Shown piece by piece: positions 58,377 to 64,000 of a stretch of DNA of 64,000 nucleotides. Below the pieces are notes generated by a model that saw nothing but the letters and a program-made list of their open reading frames with translations, did not search any database and was not told the origin of the DNA. Source of the stretch: an uncultured virus (IMG/VR IMGVR_UViG_3300025167_000005) (lineage: Duplodnaviria > Heunggongvirae > Uroviricota > Caudoviricetes); the IMG/VR virus record IMGVR_UViG_3300025167_000005. One strand, given 5' to 3'. Positions within the stretch are counted from its first letter, which is position 1, and each line of letters starts with the position of its first letter. A program made the position numbers and the translations under genes.

Positions 58377-59276
58377 ATGGAAGGTCATCGAGACGATTGC
58401 GACTGTGCGTTTTGCTTCTTTCCGTCGCTGAATGACAGCCTTGTGGAAGACACGGCACCCATGCGCCTGATGGAGACCTATGTGAACAGCGTCAAGGCGG
58501 ACGAGGAATTCTTTAGGGCGAGTCAGCCAAAGCGGGCGCACTGGGCCAGCGGCTCTTTTTCCAAGTGCGACCGCAAGCTGTGGTTTCAGAACAACGGCAC
58601 GCTGCCAACCGATGTGGGATTCAGTGACGAGAACATGCAGTTGGGGAACGACATTGAGGACCATACTGTGGAACTCTATCGGAATTGGGGGGAGTTCAGC
58701 GGCAAGCGTGTGCTTGTAGGAAGACAGTTTCCCGCGGCTCTTATGGAAGCGAGATTGAAATGGCCTATCACGGGCAAGACGGATTTCTTCATTCTGGAGG
58801 ATGACAAGTGGGTCATCGTCGAGGTAAAGAGTACCAAAGACTTTGGGGGAGATGGCCGATACTGTTCCGGGTGTCGCAAGTACACTCCTGGAGATGCTGA
58901 TGCATGGTATCGATTCAAGCCAAGCAGGGAGCATGTTGCTCAGTTGACCATCTATCTTGCGGCCTATCGGGGAATGGTAATACGGGGTACGCCTGTGGCT
59001 CCCTATGGCTATCTGCATTATCGGAACCGGAACACGGGGGCTCATCTGCGCTATCGTTACACGTTTAACGAGGAGTTCTACGAAGCTATCCTCGATGAAT
59101 ATGCCCGACAGGAGAGAGAGGTCCTGTCTCTCAAGGTCGCCCCCAGCGTTCTTTCCACGGGGCTTAAGTCTGACCGCTATCCTTGCCAGTGGACCGCTGG
59201 CGACGAGACCGTGCGGTGCTCTTTCTGGAGTCTCTGTTGGGCTTCTCGACAGAAGCCTCAAGTCCCTTCTTCTTGA
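58377..59276 (+). CDS. Cas4-like PD-(D/E)xK exonuclease (stand-alone)
   Basis: CDRKLWF, GKTD, VEVKS, QLTIY, C-terminal C..C..C. Confidence 0.8.
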   Translation: MEGHRDDCDCAFCFFPSLNDSLVEDTAPMRLMETYVNSVKADEEFFRASQPKRAHWASGSFSKCDRKLWFQNNGTLPTDVGFSDENMQLGNDIEDHTVELYRNWGEFSGKRVLVGRQFPAALMEARLKWPITGKTDFFILEDDKWVIVEVKSTKDFGGDGRYCSGCRKYTPGDADAWYRFKPSREHVAQLTIYLAAYRGMVIRGTPVAPYGYLHYRNRNTGAHLRYRYTFNEEFYEAILDEYARQEREVLSLKVAPSVLSTGLKSDRYPCQWTAGDETVRCSFWSLCWASRQKPQVPSS

Positions 59277-59661
59277 GCAGGTCAGTCAGGCTTATCATCT
59301 TGTGGTGGTCTCTGGAATAGGCTCCAACGACCCGGGGAAACGGGACTCGGATGGGCTTGAGATTCTCACGGACTTCTCGGGTTTCGATGGGGGCGTTTGA
59401 TGTCGGGTCTCGTTTCGTCACCTTTCTGACCAGTCTCCACGTCTTGGGCTTTCCGTCTGCTCCAAGGAGGGCAGGCTGTACTACCACGAACCCCCTGGTC
59501 TTGGTTTGCTCCGTGTAGTGTCCTGCGGGAGTCAGACGGCCTCCTGTCTTGGCCCAGGTAATGTTTGACTTGGTCTTGGTAATCTTGGTGGTTGGGTCGA
59601 TACGGATGAGTCGCATGGTCCGCGTCCTTCCTTCTTCATCGAAGAACTCTATCCAGGTCAT
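59164..59661 (-). CDS. Basic K/R/T-rich hypothetical protein
   Basis: Leaderless after aagtttatatag (59683); overlaps the 3' end of the Cas4-like gene. Confidence 0.6.
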   Translation of the reverse strand: MTWIEFFDEEGRTRTMRLIRIDPTTKITKTKSNITWAKTGGRLTPAGHYTEQTKTRGFVVVQPALLGADGKPKTWRLVRKVTKRDPTSNAPIETREVRENLKPIRVPFPRVVGAYSRDHHKMISLTDLLKKKGLEASVEKPNRDSRKSTARSRRQRSTGKDSGQT

Positions 59662-59757
59662 CGCTTTAGATAGGCCGTGGGACTATATAAACTTGGCTGT
59701 CTGCCCAAGAGAAGTCCGGCCGGAACCTTCATATAGATATGCCTCCAGAAGGATGTC

Positions 59758-62700
59758 GTGCCTATCTTTGACAAGGCAATGCCAACCACCGATGGCTTGA
59801 AGCAGATGGAGGAAGTCATTGCCAAGGACATGGAGGCACGACAGGTCAAGTTTGACCTGTCTGGGGACTTCTTTATCCGGATACAGTGCCTCCCCCAGGG
59901 GTGTGAGTCCACGTTCTTCTTTGACAGGGATGCGGACAATACATCCGAGTGTCCGACTTGTCATGGCTCTGTTTGGAAGACTTACGGGAAGAAGTGGGTT
60001 TTCGCTCACGCCAGCGACTTCTGGACCGAGTTGAAGAGCACGAATGACATCAAGGTCCCTACCAAGTTCCGAGACTGGCTTGTCGGGCAGGAGATGGCCT
60101 TGCGTCGCAGTCGTCTGGAAATGCTTCGATGGGTCGAGAAGGTCAGGTCCATCCAGGATGCGAGGAAGAAGGGAATAGACCCGTCTGGGATGCTGAAGGA
60201 ACGACCCGGTCCCTATGTCCTCTACATTTCCGAGCCCGGGTGCGGAAAAAGCCTACTTTTGAAAATTCTTGCCGAAGAGATGGAGGAACTCTACAAGAAC
60301 GCTGGAATCGAGTTAAGCGATGTCCTGTGCATCGAAAACAAGATGGACCGCTATCGCCCCCTGATTCGCTACGTGCCCGCCGGGGTTGGTCAGCGCGTGG
60401 TGAAACAAGTTGAGAGAGCCGAACTTAACGAGCAGAAGGGAAAGCAGCAGTTGCTTTTCACCTTCCTGACTGTTATCATGGTAATAGGCGGAGCACTGGT
60501 GGTCACGGCGCTGTTTATCCTTGGAATGCTCGTGATGCAATTTGGCCTTGTGGGCGGGTGGCTCAGCAGTATTGGACTCGTTCTTCCTATCTTGATTGCG
60601 GGAATGGTCCTCATGGTGTTCCCCATGATGATTTTTGTCCTCAGAGGCGGGGCCATGTTCGGAGTAAACCAGCGTGAGTTGCTCAACGTGCCTGTTGTCC
60701 TCGTGGACAACGGACCGGGAAGGAAGCTCGTCGTGAATGCCACGGTCACCAATCTTCCGACATTACTTGGAGATATTAAATGGAATGCATATGGGGACTG
60801 CGGTATAAAAATGTACACTGGTGTAGGAAGACCAACATTAATTTCTGCATACGCTCACGAACAAACCATGAAGACGGCCCAGGCTATGGCAGTTGGAAGA
60901 CGAGGACAGGTCCAGCGTGTTGAGAAGTTTGAGCCACAGCTTTGGTCTGGCACGGCCTACCGCGTGAAGGGTAAATATCTTCCGGCTGTGGAGACTACTG
61001 ACAAACATCCATTTTATGTACTACAAAGAGCTGGCCAAGCACTGTCACATGACAAAGTTTTATTGGCTTCTCTGCGAGTATGGAAACGAGCAGAGCAGAT
61101 TTGTTCGTCTACGGACTATCTGATAGTGCCAAAGCCAAGGCTACAGACTGCTGGTTATCCCGTTCTGAAGCTGGACTATTTCAGACCGCAAGTGTCCAAG
61201 GCCGGGAAGGTATTACGATTCAACACAAGACCGTCTCCGGTTCCAGATGAGGTTGTTCTCGATGAAGACGTTGCACGGTTTTTGGGTTGGTATGCAGCAG
61301 AGGGATGGACGACTCAAACCAATCCGAAGTTTTCTCATGAAACCATAGGGCTTACCATGCATCAGGACGAGATGCCCATTGCAGAGGAATTGGTTGCCAT
61401 TTTGGCCAAGGCGTTTCGTATCAAAGCCAGGGTGATAGCGCGAAGGAGATATGTAAGCGGCAGTAAGACGATTGATGTACTGTGTAAGTCTCGCAAACTG
61501 GCGAGTTGGCTTCGGCAACACATTGGCACGGAAGCAACCGATAAACGGATTCCCGAAGAAGTCTTCGAGGCTCCGATTTCCGTTCGAGAAGCGTTCTTGC
61601 GCGGCTATCTACAGGGAGACGGAAATCCTTTATCAACTCAGACTGGAACCTTGACGGTGAAAACCGTAAGCGAGGCGCTGCATTATGATACATTTTTCCT
61701 TGCGTTGTCCTGCAACATGTTGGCGTCGTCCGGGCATGCAGATGGGGGGACCTACCTGCTTACTTTGAGTCCAAAATATGTTGCTCGTCTCTTTAGTCTT
61801 GGTGTTTCCGGAGCGACCTCAGAGCAGGGCCAGGCGTTTCTCGAAGACTCTGACAACTTCTATGTTCCCATCGAATCCATCGAGACCTTCCCTTACGAGG
61901 GCATCATCTACAACCTCGTAACCGAGGACCACACGTTCACTGCGCCCATGCTGACGCACAACACTCCGGGGTTGACTCCTCCACTCCATACCCGAGTTGT
62001 TGCCGGAGACCTCCACCGTGGCAACTTCAAGCTGGTGTTCATCGATGAAATCCGCAACCTTCCGTCGCACATCGCCGTGGAGATGCTGACCGCCATGGAG
62101 GACGGTGAGACGCCTATCAAGGCACACAGCGGCGGGGGCATGGGGAACACAGAGTCGTCCTCCATCCTTGCCGTGGCCACCCAGGACCCCGTGGAGTGCA
62201 ACGTGTTGCTTATCGCCGCTGGAAACATGGACTTGCTGACCTCGCCAGAGTCCGTGCTGCGTCGGGTTCCTGCGTTCCGGGACAGGTTCCAGTACGGAGA
62301 CATCATCTACTTCGACACCCACATGGACGCGACGCCGATGAACGAGGTCAAGATTGCTCAGGTGGTGACCGACGAAATCTATCGGTTTGGTCTCCGTCCA
62401 ATGACCAAGGACGGATTGCGTCGGCTCGTGGAGTACATGCGTTCGAGGGCTGCGAACAACCAGCGGTTCCGGGTCATGTGGCGGTTTGCCATCAAAGCTA
62501 TCATCAAGGCGCACGAGCTTGCCCTGGAGAACGGAAGTCCCATGATTGGTGTAGAAGAGATGGACCAGGCCATCAACGTGTTCTGTCGGTCCATCGAGCA
62601 GCAGGCACTGGAGGAATACCTGATAAACAGGCGGCCTTTCAGCATTGTTCCGTCCGTGGACCATCCCGAGGTAGGTGTGGTCAAGGGCCTCGCGGTCATC

Positions 62701-63393
62701 GGTTCTGTGAACAACGAGCCTGGTGCCGGGGTGATGGGGGTTGTTGTGGCCAATACGTACCCCGTAGACGACCTCAAGTTGGGTGACTTCGTGGTCACTG
62801 GGGTCACCAAGGCACAGGAATCCTGGGTCCAGGACAGCATTCGCACCGTGCGAACGGCAATCCGACGGCTCTACGGCGTGGATATCGCCAAGCAGTATTA
62901 CACCCAAATCCAGTTCGCCCAGACCAAGGATGTCGAGGGGCCGAGTGCTGGGGTCACGATGACGCTGGCCTTGATGTCGTTGCTTGGGGACCCGAGACTG
63001 TCCAAAGAACGGAGGAAGCCGATTCCCATCCGTCAGGACGTTGCGGTGACGGGGACCATAGAGCTGATTCCTTCTGCCGACTCTGAGAAGAGTGGAGACA
63101 TCCGCGTTGGAGCCATCGGAGGCGTTGCGGAGAAGGTGCAGGGAGCCGCAGACGCGGGATGCAGATTTGTCGTTGTCCCGATGGAGAACTTCGAGCACTC
63201 TCTCACTCAGGAGAGATATCCTGCTCGCGTTTTTGGCGCTGACAGCGTGCTCGGATACTTTGACCTCGTCCGCGACGATAACAAGCTCATCGAGGGGCTT
63301 CTCTCCACTGGAACAGATGGAGGGATGACGGAAGAGGACGTGAGGATATGGGCCGAACGGGCTGAGAGGAGGAAGGGCGATGCCAGACTTTGA
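59758..63393 (+). CDS. lonB: Archaeal LonB-type ATP-dependent protease with TM insert and intein
   Basis: LVGQE, EPGCGKS, two TM helices, LLGDI, FIDEI, catalytic EGPSAG and GGVAEKV. Confidence 0.92.
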   Translation: MPIFDKAMPTTDGLKQMEEVIAKDMEARQVKFDLSGDFFIRIQCLPQGCESTFFFDRDADNTSECPTCHGSVWKTYGKKWVFAHASDFWTELKSTNDIKVPTKFRDWLVGQEMALRRSRLEMLRWVEKVRSIQDARKKGIDPSGMLKERPGPYVLYISEPGCGKSLLLKILAEEMEELYKNAGIELSDVLCIENKMDRYRPLIRYVPAGVGQRVVKQVERAELNEQKGKQQLLFTFLTVIMVIGGALVVTALFILGMLVMQFGLVGGWLSSIGLVLPILIAGMVLMVFPMMIFVLRGGAMFGVNQRELLNVPVVLVDNGPGRKLVVNATVTNLPTLLGDIKWNAYGDCGIKMYTGVGRPTLISAYAHEQTMKTAQAMAVGRRGQVQRVEKFEPQLWSGTAYRVKGKYLPAVETTDKHPFYVLQRAGQALSHDKVLLASLRVWKRAEQICSSTDYLIVPKPRLQTAGYPVLKLDYFRPQVSKAGKVLRFNTRPSPVPDEVVLDEDVARFLGWYAAEGWTTQTNPKFSHETIGLTMHQDEMPIAEELVAILAKAFRIKARVIARRRYVSGSKTIDVLCKSRKLASWLRQHIGTEATDKRIPEEVFEAPISVREAFLRGYLQGDGNPLSTQTGTLTVKTVSEALHYDTFFLALSCNMLASSGHADGGTYLLTLSPKYVARLFSLGVSGATSEQGQAFLEDSDNFYVPIESIETFPYEGIIYNLVTEDHTFTAPMLTHNTPGLTPPLHTRVVAGDLHRGNFKLVFIDEIRNLPSHIAVEMLTAMEDGETPIKAHSGGGMGNTESSSILAVATQDPVECNVLLIAAGNMDLLTSPESVLRRVPAFRDRFQYGDIIYFDTHMDATPMNEVKIAQVVTDEIYRFGLRPMTKDGLRRLVEYMRSRAANNQRFRVMWRFAIKAIIKAHELALENGSPMIGVEEMDQAINVFCRSIEQQALEEYLINRRPFSIVPSVDHPEVGVVKGLAVIGSVNNEPGAGVMGVVVANTYPVDDLKLGDFVVTGVTKAQESWVQDSIRTVRTAIRRLYGVDIAKQYYTQIQFAQTKDVEGPSAGVTMTLALMSLLGDPRLSKERRKPIPIRQDVAVTGTIELIPSADSEKSGDIRVGAIGGVAEKVQGAADAGCRFVVVPMENFEHSLTQERYPARVFGADSVLGYFDLVRDDNKLIEGLLSTGTDGGMTEEDVRIWAERAERRKGDARL
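60799..61962 (+). mobile_element. Intein (388 aa) with LAGLIDADG endonuclease in LonB
   Basis: Cys start, TTDKHPF, FLGWYAAEG and FLRGYLQGDG, IYNLVT...LTHN|T. Confidence 0.9.
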
Positions 63394-63658
63394 GATATTC
63401 GCGTTTTTCATCTTCCTTGTCTTGTCGTTTCTTGTCGTTTCGGTCATCGTCTTCATTCTGAGAAAGGCCAAGAAGTTCATCCAGCACGTCATTTGGATGC
63501 GTCGCCGGGCCGGTGGCACCCTGGCCGAGGATGCCGAGGCGCATGCCTGGGCTAAGCTTATTGACAGGCCGGACTATCGTCCGGTCTGGAGATGGTACTA
63601 CGCGGAAAAGTGGAAAGACAAGTGGCCACCGCAGGGCGGGCAAGATGGCCCATCGTAA
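63380..63658 (+). CDS. Small membrane protein
   Basis: N-terminal TM. Confidence 0.65.
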   Translation: MPDFEIFAFFIFLVLSFLVVSVIVFILRKAKKFIQHVIWMRRRAGGTLAEDAEAHAWAKLIDRPDYRPVWRWYYAEKWKDKWPPQGGQDGPS

Positions 63659-64000
63659 GCCTCGCCGCGAGGAAAGGGCCTCTGCGGGGGTTGGCGCGAG
63701 GAAACGGTATCGCGCACCGATAGCTTTCTCTGCACTGACTGCGGCCATCGTGGTGTTTTCAGCTATCGCGTTCCAGGCGCCCCCAGTCTACGTGGCCTGC
63801 ATTGAGACGCCGTTCCAGAAGGTCCAGGACATCAGTTGGCAGTTGTATATCCAGGTCGGTGAGAGGAGCGGCCAGCTCAATATCTCGTTCATCCGGCTTC
63901 CTGAGGGGTTGGGCGTCAAGGCATCTTGTCGATGGCCCATCTACGTAACGGGGAACCCGGGGGACCGGGGGGCATATTACACCATGGTACAGGTAGAATC
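63645..64000 (+). CDS. Membrane-anchored protein, partial
   Basis: MAHRKPRR..., TM segment, open to the window end. Confidence 0.55.
   Translation, partial: MAHRKPRREERASAGVGARKRYRAPIAFSALTAAIVVFSAIAFQAPPVYVACIETPFQKVQDISWQLYIQVGERSGQLNISFIRLPEGLGVKASCRWPIYVTGNPGDRGAYYTMVQVE

Noticed and set aside
58377..59276. CRISPR-Cas locus
   Set aside because: Solo Cas4-like nuclease; no other cas genes or array.
1..64000. Stop-codon reassignment suggested by aRF1
   Set aside because: Conserved genes are uninterrupted, and TAA, TAG and TGA all terminate genes.

Overview
This window looks like part of a large archaeal virus or extrachromosomal element, not a cellular chromosome. The archaeal signal comes from BRE/TATA promoters ahead of mostly leaderless genes, TFB, aRF1, membrane-type LonB and an Hjc-like resolvase. 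The mobile-element signal comes from dense small orphan ORFs with stop/start overlaps, an AEP primase plus D5-like SF3 helicase, an SF2 helicase, a Cas4-like nuclease, an RNA ligase, NAMPT, a carbamoyltransferase and a Zot/HerA-like ATPase. Three ATPases carry LAGLIDADG inteins, one with class-3 features, and there is one free-standing LAGLIDADG gene. A >2500-aa repetitive surface protein runs off the left edge. I recognised no capsid, terminase, integrase, rRNA, canonical tRNA or CRISPR array. The most unusual signals are: (1) a short basic tag, V-x-V-[RKH]-x-[HY]-x-R-[RK], at the N- or C-terminus of about 14 largely unrelated proteins, a candidate virion-cargo or genome-tethering signal; (2) individually promoted structured RNAs, including a duplicated kissing-loop RNA and two T-loop RNAs; (3) gene arrays joined by conserved stop/start junction sequences with shuffled modules; (4) an 11-residue repeat inserted into different genes; (5) a truncated aRF1 with an altered stop-recognition motif. 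All family calls come from motif recognition by eye; no database searches were run.
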